From contig CAWKBC010000034.1 in the NCBI GenBank assembly GCA_963847705.1, positions 1-64,000 on the forward strand: DNA of 64,000 bases, in the 5' to 3' direction. A model generated the notes under the pieces. It did no database searches and was not told where the DNA came from. It saw nothing but the letters and a program-made list of their open reading frames with translations. Shown piece after piece: positions 34,658-46,475 of this stretch (positions within the stretch are counted from its first letter, which is position 1; every line of letters starts with the position of its first letter). The stretch comes from an uncultured Pseudomonadota bacterium. Its GTDB lineage: Bacteria; Myxococcota_A; Polyangia; Fen-1088. The position numbers and the translations under genes are program-made.

Positions 34658-35929
34658 ATGAGCGTTCCCGCCGACGAGCCCGCACCGCCGGTCGCCGCCT
34701 TCACGCCGTCACCGCGGAGCCTGATCGCGGTGATCGCGGCCGGCATCTTCGTCACCGGCTTCGGCTGGCCCGGCTCCTTCGGGCGGCTGCCGTTCAACGT
34801 GCTGTTCAAGAACCAGCTGCACCTCTCGGCGCTCGACGTCTCCGAGTTCTGGGCCGTCTCCCTGCTGGTCTGGTACGTCAAGCCGTTGGTCGGGTTCGTC
34901 TGCGACGCCTATCCACTGTTCGGGACCCGGCGCCGCGGCTACCTGCTGGTCGGGACCACGCTCACCGGGCTGTTCTGGCTGATGTTTGCGATCGTCCCAC
35001 GGCACTACGTGCCGTTCATGCTGGTGATGACCGTCCTCAACATCGCCATGGTGGCGGTCAGCACCGTGGTCGGGGGGCTCCAGATCGAGGTCTCGCAGCG
35101 CCATGCCGCGAGCGGCCGGCTCGCCTCGCTCCGCACGGGCCTGGAAGGGGTGATGAACCTGCTCGGCGGGCCTGTCGGTGGCTGGTTGGCCGTCCGCGCC
35201 TTCGGTTGGACCACGGTGACCGGCGCCCTGGTGATGTTCTCCTTTCTCCCTGTCGTCGGCTGGCTCTATCGCGAGCCACGCGGAGCGCGCGCGAACACGG
35301 CGGTCTGGGCCACCGCGCGCAGCCACCTCAAGACGATCGTCGCGTCGCGGGCGATGTGGGGAGCGACGGGACTCCTCTTTCTCACTTACCTCGCGCCCGG
35401 GTTTCAGACGCCCATGTTCTATTACCAGCAAGACGTCCTGAAGCTGGATGCCCGCTTCATCGGATTCCTGCAGCTCCTGGGCGGTGCCGGGGGGATCATC
35501 GGCGCCGCCGCCTACGGGTATCTTTGCCGGCGCCTCCCCCTCAAGGTCTCCTTGGTCGCCGGGATCTTGCTCAACGCCGCGGTCACCCTGCTCTACCTGC
35601 GCTACGACTCGGCCCGGGCAGCGGCCTGGATCGACAGCTCGGCGGCCCTGCTGGGGACGATGGCCACGCTGCCCATCTACGACCTCGCCGCGCGCGCGAC
35701 GCCGGCCGGCAGCGAGAGCTTCGGCTTCGGCCTGATGATGAGCATCCGCAACATCGCGCTCTTCGCCATCTCCGACCCGTTCGGCTCCTACCTCTACGAT
35801 CGCCACCACGTCGGGTTCAAGCAGCTGGTCTGGCTGAACGCCGGTTCATCGGCCGCGGTCTTGCTCTTCGTCCCGCTGCTCCCGCGGGTGCTGCTGGCCG
35901 CGCGCGAGGAGGAGCGCCGCGCGGCCTGA
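34658..35929 (+). CDS. MFS transporter, folate-biopterin (BT1)-like
   Basis: About 12 TM segments; W.VKPL.G...D..PLFG.RR..YL; P.G.E..GF.L.MS. Confidence 0.85.
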   Translation: MSVPADEPAPPVAAFTPSPRSLIAVIAAGIFVTGFGWPGSFGRLPFNVLFKNQLHLSALDVSEFWAVSLLVWYVKPLVGFVCDAYPLFGTRRRGYLLVGTTLTGLFWLMFAIVPRHYVPFMLVMTVLNIAMVAVSTVVGGLQIEVSQRHAASGRLASLRTGLEGVMNLLGGPVGGWLAVRAFGWTTVTGALVMFSFLPVVGWLYREPRGARANTAVWATARSHLKTIVASRAMWGATGLLFLTYLAPGFQTPMFYYQQDVLKLDARFIGFLQLLGGAGGIIGAAAYGYLCRRLPLKVSLVAGILLNAAVTLLYLRYDSARAAAWIDSSAALLGTMATLPIYDLAARATPAGSESFGFGLMMSIRNIALFAISDPFGSYLYDRHHVGFKQLVWLNAGSSAAVLLFVPLLPRVLLAAREEERRAA

Positions 35930-35985
35930 GCTTAAGAAGCTGCGTCGGCCGCCGAGATTGAAGGTCGTACCTTGATGGAGGCTCC

Positions 35986-36492
35986 ATGCGTCTAGCTCTG
36001 CGCTTCGCCGGCTTCGGCCTGGCGCTCTCGCTCTCGTGTGCGTCGACCCCCTGGCCGGACGAGCCCGGGCTCCCCGTCGCGGTCGGGCTCGCCGCCAACG
36101 TCGACGCAGGCGACTCGTTTCTGACCGCGCTCACCGCCGCGCGCGCCACCCGGAGTCTCCCCGCACCGCTGGTGACCCCGCGCTACCAGTCAGAGATCCG
36201 CAACTTCGCCGAAGATCTTCAGGCCGGAAAAACCTCGGCGGCAGGCGCCCGGCGCGCGATCGAGAGCTGGGGGCGCGTCGCCTACCGGCGGCAGGTCACG
36301 AGCTGGGTGGTCGACTGTGGGGCGGGACAGCCGCCCCAGATCCCGTCGGCGCTCGCCGAGCTGCCGACCGCGGTGGTCTCCTACTCGGCGGCGCACTTCC
36401 GCCCCCGCTCGCTGGCCAGCGAGCAGTGCGCGGTCTTGGTGGTGGCGCTCAACAGCGGCGACGAATCCCTGAGCCCCGAGCCGGTCAAATGA
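35986..36492 (+). CDS. Hypothetical lipoprotein
   Basis: GGAGG RBS; LSLSC lipobox. Confidence 0.7.
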   Translation: MRLALRFAGFGLALSLSCASTPWPDEPGLPVAVGLAANVDAGDSFLTALTAARATRSLPAPLVTPRYQSEIRNFAEDLQAGKTSAAGARRAIESWGRVAYRRQVTSWVVDCGAGQPPQIPSALAELPTAVVSYSAAHFRPRSLASEQCAVLVVALNSGDESLSPEPVK

Positions 36493-37330
36493 CGCAGCCG
36501 ATGCGCGCGCTGTCGATGGCGATCTCGTCGAGCCACAGCTCGAACGGCTCCGTCGTCGGCTGATACTCGTACCAGCCGAGCCAGACGTTGGTGAACGTCG
36601 GCAGCGTGAACGGCACCGTGGCGTTCCCCTGGTGCGGCGTGGTGGGGAGGGTGCCCAGCGACGGGTGCTCGACGCCGTCCCACCAGAGACGCGTCTGGTT
36701 GTGCGCGCCGTCGTGCATCCACTCGATGCAGAGCCACTGCCCGGTCGGCACCGGCGAGGGGGTGCCGTTCGGACCGGGGTCCTGATCGGCGTTGGTCCAG
36801 TCCCCGGTGCCGTTCGGGTCGGTCAGGCTGTCGGTCCCCACGCCGAACAGGTTGACCCCGGCTTGCATCTGGCCGCTCACCCGGACCTCGCCAGTCACCC
36901 CCGTCCCCGAGGCGGCGATGAACGTCCAGTGCGCATAGTCGAACGACGCCGCCGGCGTGGGGAGCGACTGGAAGTAGACGAAGGCGCGACCGTAGTAGGT
37001 GTCGTTCGCCGCGGGGAAGGTCCTGGTCTCGTCGATGTACGACGCACCCTTCCCGGTCACCGCGATGTGCAGCGCGTGGGTGCCGCGCGCCGCCTGCAGC
37101 GTGTCGACGACAGGCGGGGTCCCATTCACGGTCCAGAGGGTGGGATCGAGCGCGCCGCTCTCGAAGTCCTCGCAGAGCTGGAGGTGGGCGGCGGCGCAGC
37201 GGCTCGGGCCGAAGAAGGCGGCGCGATCTGACGACAGGTTGCGGCCGCTGCCCGTCGAGCCACAGCCCGAGCTGGTGACCAGCGCTGTCGCGACCGCGAC
37301 GCCGACGAGCCGCGCCGCGGCCCGCGCCAT
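36485..37330 (-). CDS. Lipoprotein with Cip1-like/LamG jelly-roll domain
   Basis: SSGC lipobox; CEDFESG, W.CIEW, W.DEIAI...RIGC. Confidence 0.7.
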   Translation of the reverse strand: MARAAARLVGVAVATALVTSSGCGSTGSGRNLSSDRAAFFGPSRCAAAHLQLCEDFESGALDPTLWTVNGTPPVVDTLQAARGTHALHIAVTGKGASYIDETRTFPAANDTYYGRAFVYFQSLPTPAASFDYAHWTFIAASGTGVTGEVRVSGQMQAGVNLFGVGTDSLTDPNGTGDWTNADQDPGPNGTPSPVPTGQWLCIEWMHDGAHNQTRLWWDGVEHPSLGTLPTTPHQGNATVPFTLPTFTNVWLGWYEYQPTTEPFELWLDEIAIDSARIGCVI

Positions 37331-37894
37331 CTAGAGCCGCACCTGGATCTCGTAGCGGCGGTTCTTGGCCTTCTTGGCGGGCGTGTTGTCGGGCGTCACC
37401 AGCGGGTGCTCGGAGCCCATGCCGACGGAGATGATCTCCTTGGGGGACACGCCGCGCGCCACCAGCTCGCGCTCGATCACCGCCGCGCGCTTGGCCGACA
37501 GCTCCTTGTTGTGCTCCGGCTTGCCGGCCGAGTCGGTGTGCCCCGACACCTCGAACTTGAAGCCGCTCACGCCCGCCGCCTGGAGCTTCTTCTTGGCGTC
37601 GATCAGCGTGTCGGCGAGCTTCTTGATCTTCTTGTCGCATCCGGGCGCCAGCTGGTCGCTGTCGCTCTTGAAGCTGCACTGATTCTTGCGCCCTTCGGCC
37701 AGCAGCTTGGCGTTGACCTCCTTGACCGCCTTGTCGCGGGCCGCGCCGCCAGCCTTGCCGGCCAGGCTGTGGAAGTCGAGCGCGAAAGCCGGCGAGCTGA
37801 AGGGGCCGGTGAGCAGAAGCGCGGCTCCCACGATTCCCAGCGTCAAGGCGAGCCACGACCCACGGCGATCTGTCAGGAACGTTGAACGTGTCAT
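37331..37894 (-). CDS. OmpA C-terminal-like (peptidoglycan-binding) domain protein
   Basis: VSGHTDS.G....N..LS..RA, G.G...P, NRRYEI; signal peptide. Confidence 0.88.
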   Translation of the reverse strand: MTRSTFLTDRRGSWLALTLGIVGAALLLTGPFSSPAFALDFHSLAGKAGGAARDKAVKEVNAKLLAEGRKNQCSFKSDSDQLAPGCDKKIKKLADTLIDAKKKLQAAGVSGFKFEVSGHTDSAGKPEHNKELSAKRAAVIERELVARGVSPKEIISVGMGSEHPLVTPDNTPAKKAKNRRYEIQVRL

Positions 37895-37920
37895 CCCGAC
37901 ACAATAACGCGAACCGCGCC

Positions 37921-38937
37921 CTACCGGCGCAGCGTCAGATCGAGGACCGTCGCCAGCCCGGGCGCCGCCAAGATGACGGCCGGGATGGCGTTGAGCACGG
38001 TGCCGACGGTGGCGCGGTCCCCGTGGGTGCCGCCGCGAATAAGGAGATCGAGCGGCGGGTCGCCCTCGATCACCACGCGATCGTGCGGCTCGGGCGCGCC
38101 GACCGACATCTCCAGCTCGAGCCGGACCAGCTCGCGTCCGCCGTGAAGGCCGATCGCCGACTGCCGCAGCCCGGCCACCTGTCCGGGCTCGATCCCCGGC
38201 CGCACGTCGGTGACCGGACCGATCGTCGAGCGGATCTCGTCGAACGAGAGCCCCAGGCCGAGCCCGAGGAGCGCGCACGACTCGGCCAGCCCCCGATGCC
38301 CGAGCTTCTTGGCCGCGACGCCCGCTTCGAACTCCCCGACGGTCATTCCGGCGCCGACCTTGGCGCGCAGCGGAGCGCGACGCTTGGCGGCGTCGACCAC
38401 CCGGGTGACCGCCACCCGGTCGACGCGCACGCAGGCCGCGGCCAGCGTGAGCGGCAGGCGATCCATCACCAGGCCGGGGTTGACGCCGGTCCCGACGACG
38501 GTGATCCCGGCGGCGCGCGCGTGCGCGTCCAGCTGCTGCGCGAGCTCGGGCGTGGTCAGGTTGGCGTAGGCGAGATCCTCGCAGGTCGAAACCACGTCGA
38601 CGCCCGCGGCGCCCGCCGCCTCGACGATCGGCAGCATCTCGGCGACGCCGGAGAGGGTCAACACCAGCGCGACGTCGGCGCCGGCCAGCGCCGCCGACAG
38701 CGTCGGCGCCACCTTCACGCCGAGCGGACCGACCCCGGCCACCTCGCCAGCGTCCTGGCCGACGAAGGCCGGATCGGCGACACCGGAGAGCTCGAGCGTC
38801 GATCGGGCAAGAACCGCCTTCAGGACCTCGCGGCCGATCGCCCCCAGCCCGACGATCGCCACGCGCACGGCGCCGGCCACCCGGACGCTGCCCGTCGTGC
38901 GGGTGGTGCTGGGCGAACCGATGTTGCCGGCGCTCAC
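37921..38937 (-). CDS. Dihydrodipicolinate-reductase-like NAD(P)H-dependent amine dehydrogenase family protein
   Basis: GLGAIG, VVSTCE, GTGVNPG, GDRAT...NAIP; GTGA overlap with the upstream gene. Confidence 0.82.
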   Translation of the reverse strand: MSAGNIGSPSTTRTTGSVRVAGAVRVAIVGLGAIGREVLKAVLARSTLELSGVADPAFVGQDAGEVAGVGPLGVKVAPTLSAALAGADVALVLTLSGVAEMLPIVEAAGAAGVDVVSTCEDLAYANLTTPELAQQLDAHARAAGITVVGTGVNPGLVMDRLPLTLAAACVRVDRVAVTRVVDAAKRRAPLRAKVGAGMTVGEFEAGVAAKKLGHRGLAESCALLGLGLGLSFDEIRSTIGPVTDVRPGIEPGQVAGLRQSAIGLHGGRELVRLELEMSVGAPEPHDRVVIEGDPPLDLLIRGGTHGDRATVGTVLNAIPAVILAAPGLATVLDLTLRR

Positions 38938-40979
38938 CCCCCGAGCTCCGCCAGATCCTCGCCCAGCTCCTCGAGGAAGCCCGAGATCTCCGAGGGCGAC
39001 AGCGATTCGAGGCGGCGCCGGATCCCTTCGAGATCGTCGCGCAGCCGGCTGGCCCGGCGGCGGTAGTTGTCGAGGGTGTTCTCGAGCCGGCTGGCGTCGG
39101 TGGACGACGCGCCCACGCGACCGACCTCCGCCCGCAAAGTGGCCTCCACCGCGTCGAGATCCCGCGCGATGGCCGCGGCGCCCGCGTCGTGATCGTCGTG
39201 ACCGTTGTTCTTGCCGTTCTGGCCGTTCTTGCCGGCCCCGGCGGCCGCCGACGCCTCGAGCTCGCCCACCCGCAGGCGCAGGCGATCGCGCTCCGCCTCG
39301 AGCGCGTGGAGCCAATCGACCTCGGCCCCGTCGCGACCCGCGGCCGCCTTGCGTTCGTGCTCGAGCCGCAACAGCTTCCCCTCGAGCTCGGCCAGCCGCG
39401 CCCGCCGGGTTCGATCGGCCTCTTCCAGGTCCTTGGCGGTCTTGCGCAACGTCGCCGCCTCGGCGCCCGAGGAGGCCGCGCGCGCTTCGGCGGCGGCCAG
39501 CGCGTCCTCCAGCTCGGCCACCAGCGCCGACTGTTCGGAGACGGACGCCTTCAGCTCGGTGAGCTCATCGACGTGCGCCGTGGAGGCCCGATGAAACTCC
39601 TCGAGCGCACGTCCCCGCGCCGCGGCCAGATCATCGCTGTCCTGGCCCGTGGCGCGTCCCCCCGCGGCCGGAGCCCCCGCCTGAACCTGCCCCTGCCCAC
39701 CTTCGGCGCGCCCCGCGCTCCCCTGAACCGCGCGCGCGATCGCCTGCCGCAACTTGTCCTCCAGCTCGGCGAGGCGCCAGGTCAGATCCTGCTTTTCGCC
39801 TTCCAGACGCAGGATCCGCTCGTCGCGCTGGGCGACGGCGCGCGACCGCTCCTCGAGCGCGCTGTCGTCGACCACCACCGTCCGTGCGCCGTTCTCGAGG
39901 CGCGCCACCTCGCGCCGCGCGCGGCCGAGCTCGCTCTCTGCCAGCCTCTGCCGCTCGAGCGCATCCTCGACCTGCGCCTGTCGCTCGCGGGCAAGCCCCC
40001 CAAGCTCTTCCAGCCGCTGCTCCGCGGCCGCGGCCCGGGCTTCGCTCTCGGCCAGCTTGACCCGCAACCGATCGGCCTCTTCGCGCGCCGCGGCCAGCGC
40101 CGCCGCCGACGCGCGCGCCTCCGCCTCCAGCGGCGCGCGCAGCCCTGCCGTCAGCCGCTCGGCGACCGCCGCCATCTCCTCCGTCGTGCGGCGGGTGAGG
40201 GTCATGACCGATTCGTTGGCTTCGGCCAGCGCCCGCCGCAACTTGGCGTTCTCCGCGTCGAGCGACGCGCGATCCTCGGCCGCCCGGCGGAGGCGCGCGC
40301 GCATCTCCTCGAGCTCCTCGGCCTGCAGGTGCGAAACGCGGGCCGCCGCCGGCGCTCCGGCCTCGCCGGTCTGGGCAGGCGGCGGAGGCAGAGACGGCAG
40401 CTGAACCAGCGCGTAGCCGAGGCCCGCCACCGGCTCGGTCCCCGCGACGGCGACATAGGCGACGGGGGCCTCTGGCTCCTTGACCAGCCGCGAGTCGATC
40501 CGCAACGCTTCGATGGTTCCGTCGAACTCGACCACGCCGATGCCCGAAAACGGGGTCATGCCCAGCATCTGGACCAGCGGAAGGAGGGGGGCGACCGCGC
40601 CGTGCAGATCGTAGTAACCGACGCCGCCGGTGGCGCCGGGACGCTCGGCGTTGCCCGCCGCGACCACCAGGCGCCCCCCCGCAGCGACCAGCTTGCGGCA
40701 GGCGGCGACCGCGCCCGGCCGGCGCACCAGCGCCTCCCCCTCGGGGATCACCACCACGTCGAAGCGCTCGGTGAGGCTGGCGAGATCGCCGTCGGAGACC
40801 ACCACCTTGGCGGCGCCCAGCGATTTCAGGAGCTCGGCGGTCCCGTCGATGCTGGGCCCGATCTCGAGCACGCGGCGGCCCAACCAGATGGGTTCGAGGA
40901 AGGCATAGAGAGACCGGCGGCGGTCGCGGGATTCAGCGGGCGAGCGGTCGCGAGATTCAGGGGCGGAAAGGTCGGGCAT
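38934..40979 (-). CDS. Degenerate methyltransferase-like N-domain plus long coiled coil
   Basis: GRRVLEIG...FDVVV...GGRLVV; about 450 aa of E/R/A/L heptads; start MPDLS inferred. Confidence 0.75.
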   Translation of the reverse strand: MPDLSAPESRDRSPAESRDRRRSLYAFLEPIWLGRRVLEIGPSIDGTAELLKSLGAAKVVVSDGDLASLTERFDVVVIPEGEALVRRPGAVAACRKLVAAGGRLVVAAGNAERPGATGGVGYYDLHGAVAPLLPLVQMLGMTPFSGIGVVEFDGTIEALRIDSRLVKEPEAPVAYVAVAGTEPVAGLGYALVQLPSLPPPPAQTGEAGAPAAARVSHLQAEELEEMRARLRRAAEDRASLDAENAKLRRALAEANESVMTLTRRTTEEMAAVAERLTAGLRAPLEAEARASAAALAAAREEADRLRVKLAESEARAAAAEQRLEELGGLARERQAQVEDALERQRLAESELGRARREVARLENGARTVVVDDSALEERSRAVAQRDERILRLEGEKQDLTWRLAELEDKLRQAIARAVQGSAGRAEGGQGQVQAGAPAAGGRATGQDSDDLAAARGRALEEFHRASTAHVDELTELKASVSEQSALVAELEDALAAAEARAASSGAEAATLRKTAKDLEEADRTRRARLAELEGKLLRLEHERKAAAGRDGAEVDWLHALEAERDRLRLRVGELEASAAAGAGKNGQNGKNNGHDDHDAGAAAIARDLDAVEATLRAEVGRVGASSTDASRLENTLDNYRRRASRLRDDLEGIRRRLESLSPSEISGFLEELGEDLAELGG

Positions 40980-41056
40980 GGCGGGCTGCACTATATACCC
41001 GACTTGCATCCGGACGCTTCGCCCACTATAAACCCCGGTTCCCAGGACCCAACACC

Positions 41057-41281
41057 ATGGCAAAAAAAGGCATTCACCCGGTCTATAAGCCCTCGACCAT
41101 CAGCTGCGCCTGCGGCAACAAGGTCGAGACCTTCTCGACGCGCGGCGCGTTCTCGGTCGAAATTTGTTCTGCTTGCCACCCGTTCTACACGGGGAAGCAG
41201 AAGTTCGTGGACGCGGCCGGCCGCATCGAGCGCTTCCAAAAGAAGTACGGCAAGACCGCGCCTCCGACGACGACGACCTAA
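41057..41281 (+). CDS. rpmE: 50S ribosomal protein L31 (zinc-binding type)
   Basis: [31 protein letters not shown]. Confidence 0.97.
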   Translation: MAKKGIHPVYKPSTISCACGNKVETFSTRGAFSVEICSACHPFYTGKQKFVDAAGRIERFQKKYGKTAPPTTTT

Positions 41282-41287
41282 GCCGTC

Positions 41288-42348
<1,061 letters not shown>

Positions 42349-42352
<4 letters not shown>

Positions 42353-43332
42353 GCGCGGCGCGCATCGTCGTCCTCGACAGCTTCGCCATCGATCAAGGAG
42401 AGCCGGACGTCACCTGGCCCGAGCTGGCGGCGCTGGGCGAGCTGGCGGTCTATCCACGGACGGAAGCCGCCGAGCTCCTCGCGCGCGCTGGAAACGGCGT
42501 CCTGGCGCTGCTCACCAACAAGGTGCCGCTCGACGCCGCCGAGCTCTCGGCATTGCCGGCGCTGCGCTACGTGGGCGTGACGGCGACCGGGACCGACATC
42601 ATCGACCTCGAGGCGGCCCGCGCGCGCGGGGTCGCGGTCACCAACGTTCCCGGCTACGCCACCGAATCGGTCGCCGAGCTGGTGTTCGCGCTCATCCTGC
42701 ATTTTTCCTACGACGTCGCCGGGCACAACGCCGCGGTGAAGGCCGGCGTCTGGGCCGCCTCGCCCGATTTCTGTTTCTTCCGCCAGCCGCTGGTCGAGCT
42801 GGCGGGCAAGACGCTGGTGCTGGTGGGCTCCGGGGCGATCGGTGGCGCCGTCGCCCGCATCGGCGAGGCGTTCGGGATGCGCGTGGTGCGCGCCGCCGTG
42901 CCGGGCGCACCGGCGCACCGGGAAGAGCCCCGCACGCCGCTTGCCGAGGCGCTGCCGCTGGGCGACTTCGTCTCGCTGCACTGCCCGCTCACCCCGGCGA
43001 CGCGCGGGCTGGTCGGCGCGGGGTTCCTGGCCGCCATGAAACCAGGAGCGATCCTCATCAACACGGGGCGCGGCGCGCTGATTGACGATGCTGCGCTGGC
43101 GGCGGGGCTCGCCAGCGGGCACCTGGGCGGCGCCGGGCTCGACGTCCTCGCGACCGAGCCGCCGCCCCCCAACCACCCACTGACCGATCCGCGCGCGCCC
43201 TGGGCCGGACGGATCGTCAACACGCCGCACATCGGCTGGGGGACGGTGGAGTCGCGGCGCCCGTTGGTCACCGAGGTCGCGCGCAACCTGGCGGCCTTTC
43301 TCCAGGGGCAGGCGCGCAACCGGGTGGTCTGA
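42349..43332 (+). CDS. D-2-hydroxyacid dehydrogenase (glycerate dehydrogenase-like)
   Basis: NVPGY, G.G.IG, SLHCPLT, INTGRG, LDV..EP, TPHIGW. Confidence 0.92.
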
Positions 43333-43391
43333 GCGAGGCGCGCAGGCGGGTGGTCCGAACGCCGCTGCTCGGTCCCCGGTTCCTCGTCTCC

Positions 43392-43838
43392 CTACTGGCC
43401 CTGCAGCGTGACGACCACCGTTCGCGCGCCGCCCTGATCGCGGTGCTCACCGAGGTAGATCCCCTGCCAGGTCCCGAGCGCCAGCCGCCCGTCGCGGATC
43501 GGCACCGTCACCGACGCTCCGAGCAGCGTCGCCTTCACGTGCGCCGGCATGTCGTCGGCTCCCTCGGCGGTGTGCTGGAAGTAAGGCGCGTTCTCGGGGA
43601 CCGCGCGGTCGAACCAGCGCGCCAGATCGCCGCGGACATCCGGATCGGCGTTCTCGTTGACGGCCAGCGACGCCGAGGTGTGCTGGATGAAGAAATGCGC
43701 CAGGCCGATCTTGAAGCGTGCTAGATCGGGCAGCGCCGCCACCAGCTCGCTGGTGATCAGGTGAAATCCGCGTGGGCGCGGCTTGAGGCGAATCTCGCTT
43801 TGATACCAGCCAGTGCGGTCGGACGTGCGATCGGACAT
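43392..43838 (-). CDS. yjbQ: YjbQ/UPF0047 family protein
   Basis: HTSASL..NENADPDV, H..EG.DDMPAH.K, LGTWQGIYL.EHR. Confidence 0.92.
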   Translation of the reverse strand: MSDRTSDRTGWYQSEIRLKPRPRGFHLITSELVAALPDLARFKIGLAHFFIQHTSASLAVNENADPDVRGDLARWFDRAVPENAPYFQHTAEGADDMPAHVKATLLGASVTVPIRDGRLALGTWQGIYLGEHRDQGGARTVVVTLQGQ

Positions 43839-43975
43839 GCGATCCGTGCGTTTAGCACGTCGCGCGCCTGGTGACGCCGGCCACCGCTTTTCATCGGAAA
43901 AATTTGCGATAGTCGAGTTTCGCCACTTAATGGATCGTTGAAGGATGCTTACACATCCATCGAACAAGGAGACCC

Positions 43976-44605
43976 ATGAGCCATCGAAAAAACCTGATCC
44001 TCGCACTCGGCGTCACGCTGCTGACGGTGCTGGGCTCCGTCTCGGCCGCCGAGGCCCAAGGATACCCACCCCCTTACTATCCGCCGCCGCCGCCCCCGCC
44101 TCGCGGCGTCTATCGCTCCGGGCTCGTCTTCGGCTTCTCGGGCGGCATCGGTGCGATCCACGTCGATGGCTGTGGCGATGCTTGCGGGGCGGCGGGCGTG
44201 CTGGAGGGTCACATTGGCGGCATGATCAGCCCGCGCGCTGCGGTGATGTTGGAGATCTGGGGAGCTGACCACCCCTGGAGCGCCAGCGGCAACAGTTACG
44301 AGACGATCAACACCTTCTTCACCGGCGCGCTGCAGTACTGGGTCAACGACATCGTCTGGATCAAGGGAGGTCTCGGGCTTGCGGAGATCCGACAGGACAT
44401 CAACGATGACTATGCCGGCTACAGCTACACCTCCAACAGCAGCACGGGCTTCGCGCTGTTCGGCGCGGCGGGGGTCGAAGTGCTTCAGTCGTACAACTTC
44501 GCGCTCGACATCCAGCTGCGCATTGGCAACGGATTCTACAGCGACAGCGGTGGCAGCTTCAGCGCGCAGAACTACGCGCTGATGGTCGGCTTCAACTGGT
44601 ACTGA
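43976..44605 (+). CDS. Outer-membrane beta-barrel protein with Pro-rich N-terminus
   Basis: AAGGAG RBS, signal peptide ending AEA, C-terminal VGFNWY. Confidence 0.8.
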   Translation: MSHRKNLILALGVTLLTVLGSVSAAEAQGYPPPYYPPPPPPPRGVYRSGLVFGFSGGIGAIHVDGCGDACGAAGVLEGHIGGMISPRAAVMLEIWGADHPWSASGNSYETINTFFTGALQYWVNDIVWIKGGLGLAEIRQDINDDYAGYSYTSNSSTGFALFGAAGVEVLQSYNFALDIQLRIGNGFYSDSGGSFSAQNYALMVGFNWY

Positions 44606-44632
44606 AAAAAACCACGCCCGAAGATCTCGCCG

Positions 44633-44650
44633 GGGACCCTGGAGGGTCCC
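44633..44650. terminator. Hairpin between convergent genes
   Basis: gggaccct-gg-agggtccc. Confidence 0.35.
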
Positions 44651-44655
44651 TGGCC

Positions 44656-45957
44656 CTACAGCGAGACGATCTTGTCGGGGTACTGGGCGCGCAGGGCGCG
44701 GGTGGCGTTGCGGGTGTCGACCACCAGCTGGGCGCGCTCGACGAGCGCGGCGTAGTCGACGTTGCGGTGATCGGTGGTGATCACCACGCAGTCGAACCTC
44801 CCGGCCTCTTCCAGCGGCGTGTGCTTCAGCTGGAGCTCGCCGACGCGGATGCTGGGCGCGTACAGATCGCTGTAAGCGACCTCCGCGCCGCGCCGCTGGA
44901 GCAGCTCGATGATGTCCAGCGCCGGTGATTCGCGCACGTCGTCGATGTCGCGCTTGTAGGCCACGCCGCAGATCAAGATCCGCGATCCGCGCACCGCCTT
45001 CCGCCGGGCGTTGAGCGCGTCGGCCACCATGACCGCGACGACCTCGGGCATCGCCGAGTTGATCTCGTCGGCCAGCGTGATGAAGCGGGCGTTGTACTTC
45101 AGCGTCTTCAGCTTCCACGACAGATAGAGCGGATCGATCGGGAGGCAGTGCCCGCCCAATCCGGGGCCGGGATAAAACGGCATGAAGCCAAACGGCTTGG
45201 AGGCCGCCGCCTGCAGCACCTCCCAGGTGTCGAGGCCCAGGCGCCGGCACATGATCGCCACCTCGTTGACGAGGCCGATGTTGACGGCACGGAAGGTGTT
45301 CTCCAGCAGCTTGACCATCTCGGCGCTGTCGGTCGAGGACACCGGGACGATCGTCTCGATGAAGTGCCCGTACATCGCCTGCGCCACCTCGAGGCTCGTG
45401 GGCGAGATGCCGCCCAGCACCTTGGGGGTGTTGTGGGTGAAGAATTTGGGGTTCCCCGGATCGACCCGCTCCGGCGAGAAGGCCAGAAAGAAGTCCTCGT
45501 CGGGCTTGCGGCCGGCCTGCACGAACCGGGGGAGCAGCACCTCGCGGGTGAAGCCGGGGAAGGTGGTGCTCTCGAGGACCACCAGCTGCGGCCGCTTCAT
45601 CCGCGGCGCCAGCATCTCCGCGGCGTCCAGGATGAACGAGTTGTCGGGGTCCTTGGTCTTGTTGAGCGGCGTGGGAACGCAAATGATGACGACGTCCGCG
45701 GCCCACAGCACGTCGGGGTCGGTCGAGGCGTCGAGCGTGCCCGCCTCGACCAGGGGGGCCAGGCTCGCCGACGAGACGTCGTTGACGTAGGAGACGCCTC
45801 GGCCGAGCGACTCCACCTTGTCGACCGACTTGTCATAGGCGGTGATCCTGAAACCGGCCTTGGCCACCTCGACCGCCAGCGGAAGACCGACGTAGCCAGC
45901 GCCGACCACCACGACCTTCGCCGCGCGCGTCTTGATCCGTTCGAGCAGCGTCGTCAT
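44656..45957 (-). CDS. Nucleotide-sugar dehydrogenase (UDP-GlcNAc 6-dehydrogenase, WbpA/WecC family)
   Basis: GAGYVGLPLA, CVPTP, LESTT, SPERVDPGN, KLLENTFR.VNI, GGHC, D.RESP. Confidence 0.93.
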   Translation of the reverse strand: MTTLLERIKTRAAKVVVVGAGYVGLPLAVEVAKAGFRITAYDKSVDKVESLGRGVSYVNDVSSASLAPLVEAGTLDASTDPDVLWAADVVIICVPTPLNKTKDPDNSFILDAAEMLAPRMKRPQLVVLESTTFPGFTREVLLPRFVQAGRKPDEDFFLAFSPERVDPGNPKFFTHNTPKVLGGISPTSLEVAQAMYGHFIETIVPVSSTDSAEMVKLLENTFRAVNIGLVNEVAIMCRRLGLDTWEVLQAAASKPFGFMPFYPGPGLGGHCLPIDPLYLSWKLKTLKYNARFITLADEINSAMPEVVAVMVADALNARRKAVRGSRILICGVAYKRDIDDVRESPALDIIELLQRRGAEVAYSDLYAPSIRVGELQLKHTPLEEAGRFDCVVITTDHRNVDYAALVERAQLVVDTRNATRALRAQYPDKIVSL

Positions 45958-46475
45958 GAGTTGGACTCCAGCTACATTCGCCCGGGCCGCCCGTCAATGC
46001 GAGCGGCGCCGCCCTCACCGACCTCAGTCCGTCCGATGAGAAAGGCCGGCCGGGGATCGCAGATCGAACCCGGGACGACGCGGGACCAGCGCGCGGCCGG
46101 AGGTGTAAGAAAAACAGACAACCTTGGAATATCTATCCATTTTTCGTGCGGAATCTCACGTTGGAGGCGTGCCCACGTTCGGTGAATGATGAAGGCATTT
46201 ATCCCACATATGCGGGAAACTCCTACGAATCGACCAGCGCCGCTGATCGGTCACTTGCCTTGTGATTCTGGCGGAGCTTATGTTCACGGACGCAGGGTGT
46301 TTTTGTGTGGGCAGGGCGCCGTCCGTCCGCGCGGGGTTGGGGTCTTCCGGAATCCGTGGGCGAAGTCCGTTGGGGCGCGCGTCGGCAGTTCGAAACGCTC
46401 CGGTGTCGTACAGGAAGTCTTGACCGCGGGCTCGGCCCGCGGAGTTTCCGTCTAAATTGAAAAAATAAGGAAGCG

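Noticed and set aside
46268-46285. Sigma-54 promoter for the DUF1592 operon
   Set aside because: tggcggagcttatgt has GT rather than GC at the -12 position
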